The notes under the pieces are model-generated. The model made no database searches. It was not told the origin of the DNA and worked only from the letters and a program-made list of their open reading frames with translations. The translations under genes were made by a program, and so were the position numbers. 64,000 bases of DNA, from positions 434,001 through 498,000 of the forward strand of contig NW_026515672.1 in NCBI RefSeq assembly GCF_025526975.1, given 5' to 3'. Shown one piece after another: positions 40,201 through 54,194 of the stretch. Source of the DNA: Fimicolochytrium jonesii (lineage: Eukaryota). How positions within the stretch are numbered: position 1 is the stretch's first letter; each line of letters starts with the position of its first letter.

Positions 40201-42444
40201 CTTCGGATAGAACCCACGCTTCTGGTACCCCAACCTCACCCTGATAAGTGAGCAAGGCGCCCCAAAGCAGCCAGAAGGAAGGCCGTTTGTAAGCTCCAGG
40301 TGCTACAGCAATGTGCAGCTCAGACAACTCGGTATCCCCGACTACGTGAAGATCGTCCGCGGAACCGTCTCCGAGATTGATCGAATGATCAAACGTGTTC
40401 GAATGGTCAATGATTCATTTGCAAAGTGTGTAGCGGATGAGATCACACAACAGCGAAAGCCTATGTGATAGGTCCCTGATTTTTCACACCTCCCTCTTGA
40501 TACAGCTACGACTATTTGGTGCTCACTCCGGGTCTCCAATTCCGCGCGGAATCAATCAGTCAGGAGTTCGGTGCTCTTGAAGGAGTGTTTTCGGTGAGCA
40601 GTTTCAATGAAAAGCAGATCGTCGACGGAGTCGAGTACGCTCTGGGAAACCGTGGAATCTTCGTGGTGTAGGTATGATGATGCAAGCGTGAGATCAGGCT
40701 TCGACTGATCCATTGGCCATCCATCTTAGATACGGACGACATCTACAAGCATACGCGGGCATCCAGTGTACGTGCTAATCAAATCTGCCTATGAGGGCTT
40801 CCTTCTGATAGCTTTTCCACAGTGCTATTGGAGAATAAGGTGCCTGGCAATCGCATCGCTCTCGTTGTTCCCCCTCGGCGAGACCCTAGAACTGCTCTCG
40901 ACAATACAGTTTTGGATCAGAAGGTTTGTGCGAACTCGAAAGATCACAGACTGCAATGACGTCTAACACTCTCCATGTTCTCAGGTTGATAGCATCGTCC
41001 AAGCATTGGGCGTCAAAATATACAAAAACTGTTTCGTGAGCACCTGGGAGAACGACGAAGGGCTTCTCACCGGAGTCAATTTCAGAAAAATCGAAGCAGA
41101 TGGGAGTACGAGTCTGATGACACTGTCAGAGGTTTCCCTGTTTCTCTATGCGGATGCCCAATCCGTATCACCGGAGACGTTCAGTAGCATGAACGATAGT
41201 TCCTTGGTCATCGACGGCAAGCTTGTCATTGATAAGTATTTCCGTACCCAGGACCCCTTCATGTGAGTCCGGGTCTTCGTAACCTGCTTGAGCTTGATTT
41301 AATGGCCTCCGTAGCTAAACCTTTGGCATCAGCTACGCTGCCGGAAAAGTGACAAAGTATTCCAGCGTCTACCGCACGCATTGGTCACAATCGCTTTACG
41401 ATGCGAAGGAAGTTGGGCATAGGGTATGTGTGTGCACCCCGAGATCATTCTCAGTGTAACGGACTTTTGAGATCGTTCATCTGTAGCTGGCCAACGAACT
41501 GGTACCAAACTTCAATCCCGAGACAAAAGTTGAACGGATAGATGACGAGCGCATACTACGCTTTGAGGACGCAAAGAAAACGTTGGCCATCCTCCCAGGT
41601 ACAAATGAGTGGTATTTTGGAAGAGATGCGAGGTTTTTTTTAACCGCAGATTCGGTCCATGCATGTAGGGAATCTGCTGTATTTTCATTTTGATGAACCA
41701 CATCTTATTAGCCATACCCATGAGCATCGGAAGAAACTGGCCAACTACGTACGTGCTGCGTGATATTCTTCATCTTTGCAACTCACTGACCGTATTCGTT
41801 TTCGAAATTCAAGGGTCAAGACTTGGTGATAGACAAGCTTACCAAGCCGGGCCAAAAAGGGTCTTACTTCCGAATACATGTCGACACTGACGGTATCATC
41901 CGATCCATGACATATCTTGGCGAACAAAGGATACCAATCGACAACTACCTCCGGCTGTATGGATTACATGAAAAGTATCTCAACAGGCTGGTATCCAGAT
42001 TCAATGAAGGAATCATACCAGATTTCGTAAGGTGCGTTTCCCGCTGACTATACTCGAGAGCTTGTACTACCTTTAAGCTCATGCGGCATGCTCAACAGCT
42101 TCTTGTCTGGTACTTGGGCGCTGCCTCTCTTCTACGACCGCTTCCCGGGGTTTGTGAATGATTTGGGCCAAGAAGTCATTGCGTTGAGAGGAAGCGGAGA
42201 GGGGGAGATAGATGACATCCTGAAGGAACTGGCCGAACAGATTGATACCGGGTTGAAGGTGCGAGGCATCATTGATGATGAGCATCATTTCAGCCTGTTT
42301 ATACTGACAACGATGGCTCAGCTGACTGCTGAGGATCAGAGGGGTCTGTACAAAGCATTCGACAATGCGCCCGCACGGCGCACTTTAGACAGCAAGGTCT
42401 TCAACTATTTGGCGGAGACTGAAATTTACAGATCGTACCCATGA
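37266..42444 (+). CDS. CFAP61: Cilia- and flagella-associated protein 61, multi-exon
   Basis: Exons encode NAFCIELF...FPDLDYCVVTVP, VNSRIVIVGGSDCG, SSLVIDGKLVID and LYGLHEKYLNRLVSRF; many GT-AG introns. Exon limits were not fully resolved. Confidence 0.8.
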
Positions 42445-43038
42445 GGGTAGGTACATTCCGGGCCTGATTTTTGTTTGCTAGAAGGACGAAGAGCTCATGG
42501 CTCCATTCCGTTGGCTTTTCAATCTTCCAGAAAGCTGCAGAAGTTTGTTGACGCGCCGCAACTTCACAGCACTGACGAAGTTATGCAAGCGCATGTGCAC
42601 GCATGGGAATACCAATGAAAGCGACCACGTAGATCCTTCCCTCATCTGGACCTTCACAAGTCGGACCTGCTTAACACAGTGTGTCTCGCTTTTGGCTGCG
42701 CCACAGCCTACATCACCGATATCTTGAGGAATGACCATTAACTGTGTATAGAGAAATTGTGCTTCTTGTTTAATAGCTACTTGGCGTGCCACTGCAGAGT
42801 TCGGAATGGAGTGCTCGGAGTCGGAGTTTCGCGCTTGCAAATTATTTTGCAATCGGACTTTCGGTCAAAACTTTGTCCGAAAGCTGCCAAACCTCGCCAA
42901 GCAGAATTCCTGACGAACGTTCCCCTACGTATCTATACAGCAAGGAATCTGTACAGCGTTTCGGAAGAACCAAAGCTTCGAAAAGGTCCCCCTATCCGGC
43001 TTTACCGCACACACGATTCTCGGTTACTTGAGCGGCAA

Positions 43039-44413
43039 ATGTCAGCAAATAGGAGGACCTCCATTTCGGAGCCACTCAACCAGGTCCTGCAATCAAACAG
43101 CCTTCATATAAAGAACCGTGAGAAAGTCCTTGAGAAGATCAACCGCATCTTAGAAGATGGAGTGCAAAATGTTCATGTCATCAGTGGTGAGGAAATACAA
43201 CCCCGCCGGATACTGATCTGGCGGAGTTCGGAAAATCCGGGTCCGAAAAACCGCCTTCCTGACCTGCGCTCTCTCTCCGTTCTAGACTTCGATATGACGA
43301 TCAGCAAGTAAGCGTGAGCGATTCGAGGTCGCTGAGACATCTTGAATTGAGGCTGACCAACGTTGGCGATTAGATACTGGGTAAATGGAGAACGCAACGT
43401 AGGGTCGCATAGGTTACTGGCACTCAGCAGCCGCGTAACAGCAGAGGTGAGAGGCAAGATCTGTCAACGTAGTCGCAATGCCCATTGCTGAAGCTGGTCA
43501 ACAGTTTAGAGAAAAAACCGACGCGGTATATCGACACTACTATCCAATAGAGATATCGCGGACTGTGTCACACGAAGACAAAGTTCAGGCTATGGTGGAA
43601 TGGTGGAGTCAGTCTCAGCAACTCAAACCTGATTCCACAACGAACGCATGTCCTGAAATGTCCATCCAATAGCGAAGGCACACGAATCCATTCTTGAATT
43701 GAAACTCACCAAGGATGATCTGGAGAGGATAGCTCACGAAGTGCAAATAGTGTTGCGCGAGGGAGCCGTGGACTTTGCCGATCTATGCGCCAAAATGGAT
43801 GTGCCATTATTGGTGTTCTCTGCCGGCCTGGGAGGTGCGGGTGTATGCGGCTAGCCACAAACGACTGCAACTGTGCTGATCGGGTCATCACAATACCAGA
43901 CGCAATAGAGGCGGTCTTGAAGAACAAGGGCATGTTGAAGCCAAATGTGCATATTGTATCGAATATGTTACGATTCGACTCGAAGGGCGTAGGCGGTGCG
44001 TGTTCCGTCGGCTTCTTCGTCGCATCAGGTCCTAACTCTTAAAGCAAATCACAGTCGCATTCCATGAGCCTCTCATTCACACCTTCAACAAGAACGAAGC
44101 CGCTGTGGGAGGCCCGTATATTGAAGCGATCATAGGGAGGACGAATGTGGTACGTAATACGTATAAGGCGCACTAGACTCACGAAGCAATGAAGTTCCGG
44201 CTAATGCTTGTGTCCGCGTAGATTCTGATGGGTGATTCCATAGGGGATCTGCAGATGGGCGAAGGACTAAAGCACGACGTTCAATTGACGATAGGATTCC
44301 TGAACCATGATAAGGATGCCTTGATAGATGAGTATGCCTCCGCGTTTGATATTGTAGTTTTAGACGACGGGCCCATGAGTATAGCCATAGAAATATTATC
44401 TTTCATGAAATGA
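43039..44413 (+). CDS. NT5C3: Pyrimidine 5'-nucleotidase (cytosolic 5'-nucleotidase III, HAD family), multi-exon
   Basis: VISDFDMT after splicing, MVEWW, FSAG, IVSN and MGDSIGDLQM. Confidence 0.88.
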
Positions 44414-44827
44414 GATACTTTCAGCCTCACATTTGTTATGCATCGTCTTTCGCTGATCGAAGATTTTGGGTTGCGGGCATCTTAACGTAATTCAAGAGTA
44501 AGCCACATGGTCGAAGGGTGATGTCTAGCATCCCGCAATGAAGTGGAACAAACTCCGGTCTATGCAGCTGATGTGCAATAGCCGAGAATCAAACCTGGGT
44601 CTATGTTGGGCTCGCTCTGGAGGACAGCCTCTCAGATTTATCGTACGCTCACAGTCGTTCAATTGCCGAAAATCGACCTCGGGGTCCACCTGGGCGGCCC
44701 TCCTCAACGACGCATTCTTGCAAAAATGGAACCTTCCCTACGCATCAGACCTTCTTTCTGACAAAAAGGTTTTTCGGACGCCAGAAGAAACAACTGGAAT
44801 GCATCCCAGGCGTCCCCGATGCTACTT

Positions 44828-44898
44828 TGCAATGGCCGAGAATCGAACTCGGGTCTACCGCGTGGCAGGCGGTAATTATGCCACTAAACCACCATTGC
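44828..44898 (-). tRNA. tRNA-Gly(GCC)
   Basis: Acceptor stem GCAATGG/CCATTGC, anticodon arm ACCGC-CTGCCAC-GCGGT, T-loop TTCGATT. Confidence 0.93.
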
Positions 44899-45004
44899 GC
44901 CGATGTGTGCGGCACGTTTCCATGGCGTTGAAATCTTAGGGTGCCAAACTTCCCGCATGGAGGCGCGCTTGGGATCCGAGAGAGTGGAAACGCGCGAGAC
45001 TGCG

Positions 45005-45430
45005 CGAGTCGTCGTCGTGCCTTGGGTCCATCGATTCATATACCAGCTCCTGGCGACGAGACTTGCGCAAGTTGACGATTCTTCGGACAGAAGAACGCAG
45101 ACCAGCTAAGGGCGGTGAAGACGGTAGACAAGGGTATATCGTGGTATGTGTAGTCTGCGGATAGAGCGTAGGAAGGAACGACAATGTGCGCGGCGAACTG
45201 GTAGGTGGGGTTCCGAGACAAGCAAGGGAACCTCTGCAGCATCCAGAAACGTTGCTCAACAATGTCGCTACGAGAGCTACGAGATCTTTCAAAGAGATCG
45301 CTACGATTTGCGGATAACGTTCGTGGGAAAAAGGGAAACGAAGTAGAAGGAGCTCAGTAACACGTTTGTCATCCAAACACAACCTACAGTCACGTGCCCT
45401 TGGTCGATTTATTCGCGGGGCGAAAGGCAA
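45005..45430 (-). mobile_element. Truncated, diverged 5' fragment of a related Ngaro element
   Basis: Diverged A repeat (CGCGAATAAATCGACCAAGG.CACGTGACTG) plus a translation closely matching the region up to the ORF1 start (LPSSPPLAGLR...RQELVYESMDPR). The left limit is approximate. Confidence 0.85.
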
Positions 45431-45772
45431 TCGGCGAAAGTGGTGTTCGCTGCCTGTGGCGACCGTCGGTGAAAGAGTCAAGCGCTCTAATCAAGTACGG
45501 AGTACAAATTGTGGGCCTCATCTTTCAACAGAAGTGTAGATAGAAATGTGGTGAGGAAGATGGACCGCCGGCGAAGAGGGACTAGCGAGGGAACACGTTT
45601 TACGCTTATTCCAAACAAGATGGGCAATAACGCGCGCGAGTTTCCTCAACAGGAGGAGACAATGCCGGTCGTCCACACGGTCCAGCCTCCTCAAGACGGT
45701 GACAGGGGTGGGATAGTCTGCGTCACCTGCGTCCAACTTCGACAGGAGTTGCCACTACGATAACAGGCAGCC

Positions 45773-46832
45773 ATGAGTTTCATGAGAAAGCAGCCGACGG
45801 TCAAAGGTAAGCTAAGACCCCATGTCGCGGTGAATAGGGAGATTCTGTGTTTTGACCTTGTTCTTCCCAAAGAGCAAGTCCGGACAACCAATCGCGAAGT
45901 GCGAGGGATACAGCGCGACCTAGGCAGGGATAGGACGGCTCTTGAACGGCAGGAGCGGCAGCTGGTGGGTTGCTTTATATCGGAGCTGAGACCGGAACAG
46001 AGAAAAAGCTTGGCGTTGTCCAGCTGACGAGGGCCTTGCTTCTGCCAGATTGCCGATGTCAAGAAATGCGCGAAGCAAGGGCGCACGGCGGAAGCGAAGA
46101 TGCTGGCGAAGCAGGTACATCAACTGCGGCAGCAAATGGACAAGAACACGAAAGTGAAGTGTCAGGTTGGAGGGTTGAATGTGCGGGCGGCGGTAAGTAA
46201 CATGCAGATGCTCGTCTTCTCGTCGCCGTACGGGAGTTTGCTGATTCGTACCGAACAACAGGCAATGGCATCTGGTGTAGCGAACGCCAAAGCGATGGCA
46301 GGCGCCACCCGAATAATGGCGGCTTCAAATAAAATGAACGACATGCAAGCATTGCAATCGACGCTGAGCGAATTTGAGCGGCAAAACCTGGCTATGGACA
46401 TGAAGGATGAGATGAGTATGTCGAACACCTAGTGTTGCGTATCCCGGGGATCATCGTATCGTGAAATGCATAACGGTTTCATTAATCCTAGTAAGCGACG
46501 TACTGGATGGCCTCATGGATGAATCTGATGACGAACAAGAGTCTGCGGACGTCTTGAACGCCGTGCTTGACGAAATTGGATTGGATCTGACAACAAATGT
46601 AATGCCTGGTAATGCCAGGGCGAACGGGTCAGCCCTTTCTCTGACGCGTAATGTTCACACTTGGCGCTGATCCAATTCTCTCGCCTGTTCAATACGTTCG
46701 ATCTCCACCATTTAGGCTGCCCAAGTACCACGCACAAAATTATCATCCGGACAAAGCACACCCGCCGCTTCCGTCGGTGATCGCGATACGGATCCTTTGA
46801 TGAAGCGATTGGCGGATTTACGTGCCCAGTGA
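45773..46832 (+). CDS. ESCRT-III Snf7-family protein (CHMP2/Vps2-like), multi-exon
   Basis: RDLGRDRTALERQERQL, LAKQVHQLRQQ, EFERQNLAMDMKDEM, VLDEIGLD and terminal LMKRLADLR. Confidence 0.85.
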
Positions 46833-47221
46833 TGGGAACACACAGAGATCCTGCGCGGAGGGCTTCATATCACGAAAACTTCCTACATATGCAGAAAGTC
46901 GATATAAGCACGTCTCCAACTTTCTGCCGATCCTTGCATAGTGTAATAGCCAGTGTAATAGCCAGTGTATTTCTTTCGAAGGCCCAAAAATCATTCAGGA
47001 AAGAAAAGTGGTAGCGACATCGGGGTATCATGCCAAAGGGCCACAAGTCTATAGGGCCCAGGAAGTAACAAACGACTAGCCTACAGGCGGGTATCGCCGA
47101 TCGCCGGCCAAAGCGAAACCGGGTTCGGGGGGGATTGTTGTCAAAACAACACGGTTCAAATATAAGTCTGGCTGCCCAAAACGCTGACCCCACTCGGAGC
47201 CCACTCAAAATCCAGCATGCC

Positions 47222-48400
47222 TCAATGGGGCATTACGTGCATGTAATGTCCGGGCACGCCCTGCCGACACTTCTCGCAGTCTTTCCTAAACCCCATGCTG
47301 AATAGCGTCCGTTGCGGCGTTCCGGGACTGGACGTCAATGCCCGCCCTAGTGGCTCGGGTCCCTCCATCATATACGAGCTTCCAGTGCTTAACGTCCGCT
47401 GGGGTGAGGGAACGGGTGTCGATACAGGGGCGAGACCTGGTCGACGACCCATTGGAGGAGACATGCATATTGACATGGAATCCGATGCTGATCTCCTCAT
47501 TTGCGGTGATGGTACAGAAAGCTGTACGAAAGGTACAAAGTTTAGTATGCGGTACGTAAAACCGTGCGGAGGTCACCGAACACGAAGATTGGCATAAGAT
47601 CTTACCATCTCATCATCCACCTGCATAGGATCATAGTTTCTGCAAGCCAGCAGCTCCCTCTGCACGTCTCCGAACCCGTACGTGCCTTCGCCCATTCGCC
47701 CTTCCTCCGATATCGACCCCAGAGGCTGTGACGGGAGTAGCTGCTGCAAATGCCGGGATAGTTCGTTTTGGAGAAGCTGCGGATCAAGCCCTTCAGAACT
47801 CCGTCGGGGGTGGTCCGGAAATGGATATGCCATCGTTCCTTCCGCCGGCGGTAGGAATGGGTAGACGGTATTCATGTCGTTCGGCTCACGGTGTACACGT
47901 TTCTATAAGAGTTCAGAAACGAAGCGTCTGGTTCAGGATCAGGCAGTCGCAAGCCAATTTCTTCGCCTCCAGCCAAAGATCTCTAAGCTTTCAACGTACA
48001 TAACAGCCCAGCTCCTCGACGTCGTCTTCCATGCCTTTCCGTTTTCGCCGCGGGGACGGAGGAGTTCGAAGCGGGCTGCGTGGGAAAGTTCCTGGTGGCC
48101 CTGGCGCTGATAGTGTTTCCATCGCCGTCGGCGAGCTGTAAGCCATTATGGAAGTACGGCTGACACCGCTGCAAGGTTTAAAGTACCGTACACGGCGCTG
48201 ATATTCAAAATGTCAAGGACATGACCGAGTGGAATTCTGCATTGACTGAGCTCGTCCCTGAGCTCGTCCAGGAGCTCGTCTTCGACTCCGGGTCCTCGAA
48301 CTCCTCGAACGCGTCCACTCTTTCTGGGTGTTTCTTCCCTCTGGATTCTTTGCCTTCGGGACGTCCAATGCCATCGGTGCACTGTGAGTGAGAAACCGCA
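47222..48400 (-). CDS. Hypothetical multi-exon protein with a C-terminal Cys/His motif
   Basis: Last exon ends FSMGFRKDCEKCRQGVPGHYMH; the 5' end is uncertain. Confidence 0.45.
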
Positions 48401-51178
48401 TCATCAGCTTTCATCTGACAAGCCGCAAGTTTCACTGTTGAGAACCGCTTCACAGACGGAAGCAGTAGCAGACCGAACGCCGGAGTCAAGCATGGAAGTG
48501 CTTCTACGGAACGTTCTCCGCACCGCTAGAGTAAGATGCAACATAGTACGAGTCTGACAATAGGAATCGGACGTAAGGGGAGGCGGGGCTGCTCCAATTT
48601 TGAGTGTACATACAAACTAACAAGGAGAAGTAAAAGGAGCGGGCGCGGAGGATCCCAGATTCAAGAGGCGGTCAGGCACCTCGACAGAAACCGCAGGACT
48701 CATACGAAGGGCAGAGCTTCAATAGACACAGCAAGGGATGCATAAGCATGGCAGAACATTAAAGGCACTATAAGCAGAGCGGAATATTTACGCGAGTGGA
48801 TATACGTGGCTGACAAAGGACGAAAAAAATGAGCAGCGACACGTTGAGCGGGAGAAGAACCGACTGCTCGTAGGGTTCTATGGTGACTGCGCTGACTTCC
48901 ATCAGCATCACATTGCACAGATGGATCAGCGCCGGTGTTGATCCACCTGTGCAATGGATTAGTGGACGCTGGTCAGGGATCATCCGCGAGGATTTCACAT
49001 ACAAAGACCATTCCATTGCAATCAACACAACGGGTTACGCCGACGGGAATAAAGGACCACGTTCGTCGTCCACCCTTGGGGCCTCGGATGGAAAAATGGC
49101 GAGTTGGCCTTTCCTTTTGCTAGTTGCGGATGCGGAGCGATCGACAACATGTAGATGTCGCAATTGGGGTAACAGCACAAGATTCGAAATTGAAGAAGAT
49201 GCTACGGTGCTTCTTGAAATGAGCGGTGATTTCTTCTCACAGAGACCCCGCTTCCCGCCTTGGTTGTCGGGAGGAAGAGCAGTCGGCGGCGCAATCGCGG
49301 AGGATTATGAACAACAGGAATTGAATCGAAAGCGGTGTTTGCGCGTGCGATGGATCGAACATGTCTCCCTCCATGATGTAGAGGACTCGTCGCTTGGCAT
49401 CTCCGCCTGACTGAACTCCAAGGTCATCCTGCTATAACACAACGCGGAGAAGATCTCGACATTGCGGAAGAAGCTATGGAGATCGTTGGGCAGGGCGGTG
49501 AAGGCCTTTCCCGGTTGACCGCTACTTATGGCGATTCCTGCGAGTATCTGGTATCGAGACTGACAATGAATATAGTTTGAGACAATGGAAGGGATTGGTA
49601 TGATGAGTGCTCCAGTCAGCTGTTGGTGTCCCAATTGATTTCATTGTGTCTGCTTAGGCGGGTGATGTTCTGGGCGACCTGATGGCTTTGTCGAAGGAGA
49701 TCCCATGCGCAGGCAGTACCAATACTATCCTGTCTTTTTCACATAGCTCGCGCTGATATGCTGGTGAGAATGTTTCCGTATTTCCTTTCTGTGCAAAGCG
49801 CGTTCTTCTGATTACTGAATCTTTCCGTCGTCTCGATCTGCGTCTTCTAGTTGAGAAAGCTTTTCCAGTATACAAGTGCTTGGAACCCCAGGAGCACGGA
49901 AACGGTCTCCGTTGGGGTCACCAGGGTCGTGGTAACAGTCGTATGGTGAGAGCCAATCCCGGCCGTACAGGATTACAGGGCGGTAGACGCTGAGTGTGCA
50001 GAGAACCCTGGCGAAGCGAGCCATTGACGTCCTCGTCGCGTTTGAGATGTCGGTGGGGCTCGATAGGGAAATCCGAAAAAGCGCGGCAGGATTCCAGTCT
50101 CTGGTTGGCTTTGTGTGCATCCCCGTTTGTTGCTTCAATGACGCTTTCTGATCACTTTCCCCATGTTGATTCAGCGATTGCGGGATACGGCAACCAACTG
50201 CACGAGACCGCTCACAAACGGATATGAACGCCATCTCGCATATTTGCTGCACGGAACCGTGTGCGAGAAACATGTTGGAAACGAGGAACCTTGTCTTCCA
50301 AGCGTTTGTGCTCTGGTTTCACTTTCTCGATCGTACTGTAAGTTGTTCCAGATTGGTACCACGGGATGCACAGCAACTCGGCATGATGGAGAGCGGAGTA
50401 GCATCCGGCCGAAACGAGAGTTCCCATCATTCTGCTCCTCAAAGGCGTAGCTAGACTCGAGTAGTAAGAATTGGTTACGGAGGACGAGGCTCTACAGTAC
50501 ACAGTCAGTGAAATGAAAAAGTGGATGCCTGTGAATCCCTCATGTAACACATTTTCCCACGGCTTTCCGTCCCCGTTGCGTGTCGGACGTGGCGGATCGA
50601 ACGGGGAAGCCAAAACGAAACGGCCGACCGACCCTTTCTTTGGACACCCGAAGATTGAGGTGGATGGTTCGCAGGGATCCTGGGAACCGTCGCTCACCAT
50701 TGGGATTGGTGGAGTCGTGATTCGTGAAGAGGCCCCTGGAAACTGCCCTGGAAAACCCTCTTTTAAGGCGCACATGCCGGTAAGGTCGCGTGGGGATCGC
50801 AAATTGAGGGTGTCACACTCTTTGATTGTCCATCCAGATAAGGCCTTGCAATTGCCAAAAAGCACATGCGAATGCGATTGTTACATGCGGGTGGCTGTGC
50901 CGCGGACAAGAAACTTGAAAGTTGGGAAGATGGGCGATGGGTGGTGATTGTGATGATTCATCCATTCGACTCGGGCAGCACCCGCAGGAAAAAAGTCATA
51001 ATTCTCAGTGCGGTCCCTGGACAAATATCCGTCTCGCAATCAGCACCGCCCCTCCTTAACGCACATTCGTAAGAGTACTCCCGTCGCTGCTGCTCGACCT
51101 CGCCAACGGACTCTCTCCGCTCGTTATCGCAACAGGCCTTGGCTTCACAGATCATCACCTTCCGTATCAACAAGTACA

Positions 51179-53658
51179 ATGTCCGCGGTTACAGCGCGTT
51201 GTGCGCGGTCCAGAAAAGGAGTGCTGAGCCTTTCCTCAAAGGTTCCTTCCCCGTCAGCATGTGCGAACGTTTTGGGCGCAAGTCGCTATCCGTTATGTCA
51301 GAGAAGACAGCAAAGCTCCATCGCAAGGTAAGTCGAAATGGGCCCTGCAACTGACTCTGGCGCGGAAGAAGTCCGTGGGAAATATCCTAACTCGGCCCTT
51401 TTTCCCCCTACTTCGGAACAGCCCTCAGCACGAAGACGTTTCCCACGATGCATCGCCTCAGTTCTCGTCGTCGCAGCATATCAAGGCCAATCCCGTTACG
51501 GCATCGAGAACCTCCGCGCAGGTCCACTCCCCGGCACGCAACCGCTTCACTCAGCAAGGAAATTCCCCAGACGTTGATACGTCGTTTATTGGGATGACGG
51601 GAGGGGAGATCTTCCACGAAATGATGCTGCGACATGGAGTAAAAACTGTTTTTGGATACCCAGGGGGTGCAATTCTGCCCGTTTACGACGCAATCTACAA
51701 CTCGGACTACTTTGACTTCGTCTTGCCTCGGCACGAACAAGGCGCAGGGCATATGGCAGAAGGCTACGCTCGCGTAACGTAAGTGATTTCTAAGTGCCGT
51801 GGTTTTTATCGTTTGAAGTTCGATCCTAATCTAACGAACTTTGGTTCCATACAGAGGGAAGCCTGGTGTGATCCTTGTGACATCAGGGCCCGGGGCCACA
51901 AATGTCATCACGCCCATGCAGGATGCCTTGATGGATGGAACACCGTTGGTCGTGTTCTGTGGTCAAGTCCCTACCACCGCTCTCGGAACCGATGCTTTTC
52001 AGGAAGCTGACATCGTTGGCATCAGTCGTGCGTGCTCGAAGTGGAATGTTCAGGTCAAAGACATTGCCGAATTACCACGCCGCATCAACGAAGCTTTCCA
52101 CATTGCGACAACGGGCCGACCAGGGCCCGTTCTCGTTGATCTTCCCAAGGACGTGACAGCGGGAACCTTACATAAACCGATCGTTGGCGGCGTTGGACCA
52201 GCTATTCCTGGAACAAGACCTCCGGCAGCCAATCACGCACCATCTCGCATTACAATGGAGGCCATCGCCAAGGTCGCCAAAGCCCTCAATCGCGCGGAGA
52301 AGCCCATATTGTACGTCGGACAAGGAATTCTCAACTCTGACGAAGGGCCGGCAATTCTTCGGCAGTTGGTCGAGAAGGCCAACGTGCCCGTTACAACTAC
52401 GTTGCAAGGTCTTGGGGCATTCGACGAAGAGGACCCACGGAGTTTGCATATGCTCGGAATGCATGGCTCGGCATACGCAAACCTGGCCATGCAAACTGCC
52501 GATGTAATCATTGCTCTGGGAGCACGCTTCGATGATCGTGTGACGGGAAATCTGAGGAGTAAGTTGGGCAACCTTCGGTCAAATGTCTTCTGTCGGACAG
52601 CAAGTAACCTTTATCCCGCCACAGAGTTTGCCCCTGCCGCCAAACAAGCCGCTCTGAAAGGCAAGGGAGGAATCTACCACTTTGAGATCATGCCAAAGAA
52701 CATCAACAAGGTCGTTGAGCCCACCGTCGCTGTCGAGGGTGACGTAACAGCCAATCTGAAGCATCTTATTGGGATGGTCGACCATCGACCAAGAGAATCA
52801 TGGTTCAACACGTTGGCTGACTGGAAACAGAAATACCCCTTTTCGTTCTCTAAAGCGGAACCTGGAGCGCCGATCAAGCCTCAAGCCGTCATCGCCGAGT
52901 TAAATAGGCAGGTTGCTAACCGGAAGGAGGAAGTCATCATCACCACCGGTGTCGGCCAGCACCAAATGTGGGCCGCTCAGTATTACCGGTGGAGGTCGCC
53001 AAGAACTTTTGTCACTTCTGGGGGTTTGGGAACCATGGGTTTCGGTTTGCCTGCCGCCATCGGCGCCAAAGTTGCTGCACCAGAGAAAATTGTTATCGAT
53101 ATTGACGGCGACGCGTCGTTCTCTATGACCGGAATGGAGCTTATGACTGCCAGACAATTCGACATCGGCGTCAAGGTGTTAATTCTGAACAACGACTTCC
53201 AGGGAATGGTATGCATCTCACTCGCGGGAAGATCTTCTCCTTGTTATACTATGCTGAAGTCACACGTCCCTTTCGAATAGGTCAAACAATGGCAAGACCT
53301 GTTCTACGACAAGCGATACTCTGCCACAAAAATGCACAACCCCGATTTCGTCAAGTTCGCCGAGTCCATGGGATGCAAGGGTCTCCGGGCACGCACAATG
53401 GAGGAGCTGCCAGCCGTGATGGCGGAGTTCCTCGAACACGACGGACCTGTCCTCCTCGACGCTGTTGTATGCAAGAACGAGCACGTGTACCCTATGGTGC
53501 CTGCTGGAAAGGCTTTGCATGAGGTGTGTAGCATGTAATTCATCGCAGCAGCCATGGGTAGTACTGATATTCAACGTTTCCCTTCGCAGATGGAACTGGG
53601 CCACACGGAGATCCACGAGCCAAATCACAAGTTCAACAACTCGTATATGGCACCGTGA
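51179..53658 (+). CDS. ILV2: Acetolactate synthase catalytic subunit, mitochondrial, multi-exon
   Basis: FGYPGGAILP, RHEQGAGHMAEGYAR, TSGPGATN, GQHQMWAAQ and GDASF...NN; Arg/Ser-rich presequence. Confidence 0.95.
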
Positions 53659-54090
53659 TTGCCCGTCCTGCTCTGATCGGCGGTCTCACAGCCCACCCCA
53701 TCGACCTAGATATGACCATTGTCCATATGTTTGTGTATTTATTCTTTGAGAGGTTTCAGGCGGTGTGACCGGGTGACGAATTGGGGATATTGGGCTTGTC
53801 GACATCCTCGTCAATTTTTGCTAGCATTACTTTCGCATGTCTTCTTGTTGACACCTTGTACAGCCCTTTATTTGTGAACAACATGAAAACTCGTTTAATG
53901 CCCGTTAAAGTGGACCTCTGTCGACTATGTCCATTGTGCGTGCGGGTGGATGCTAAGAAAGCGTCATTGAACTACGTGCTCCAGGCCTTAGCCTTATCAC
54001 ACCCTTGCCCAGAACGTCCACAGCACTGCACGCAAACATCCCCGTCGTATGCGTGCCGCGAGCGAAAGTTTGGGAAAGGGAAAAAAAAAA

Positions 54091-54194
54091 CGCTCCTGGG
54101 CAGGCTTGAACTGCCAACCTCTCGATTGCTGCTTGGTGACACAATGTCGCACAAGATAACAGTCGAACGCGCTAACCAATTGCGCCACAGAAGC
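54091..54194 (-). tRNA. tRNA-Asn(GTT) with a 30-nt intron (54127-54156)
   Basis: Cloverleaf stems present, intron one base after the anticodon, downstream T-run terminator (A-run at 54081-54090). Confidence 0.9.

Noticed and set aside
48500..51100. Several 100-217 aa ORFs in a 2.6-kb gap
   Set aside because: They overlap on both strands without motifs or repeats; treated as intergenic or unresolved.
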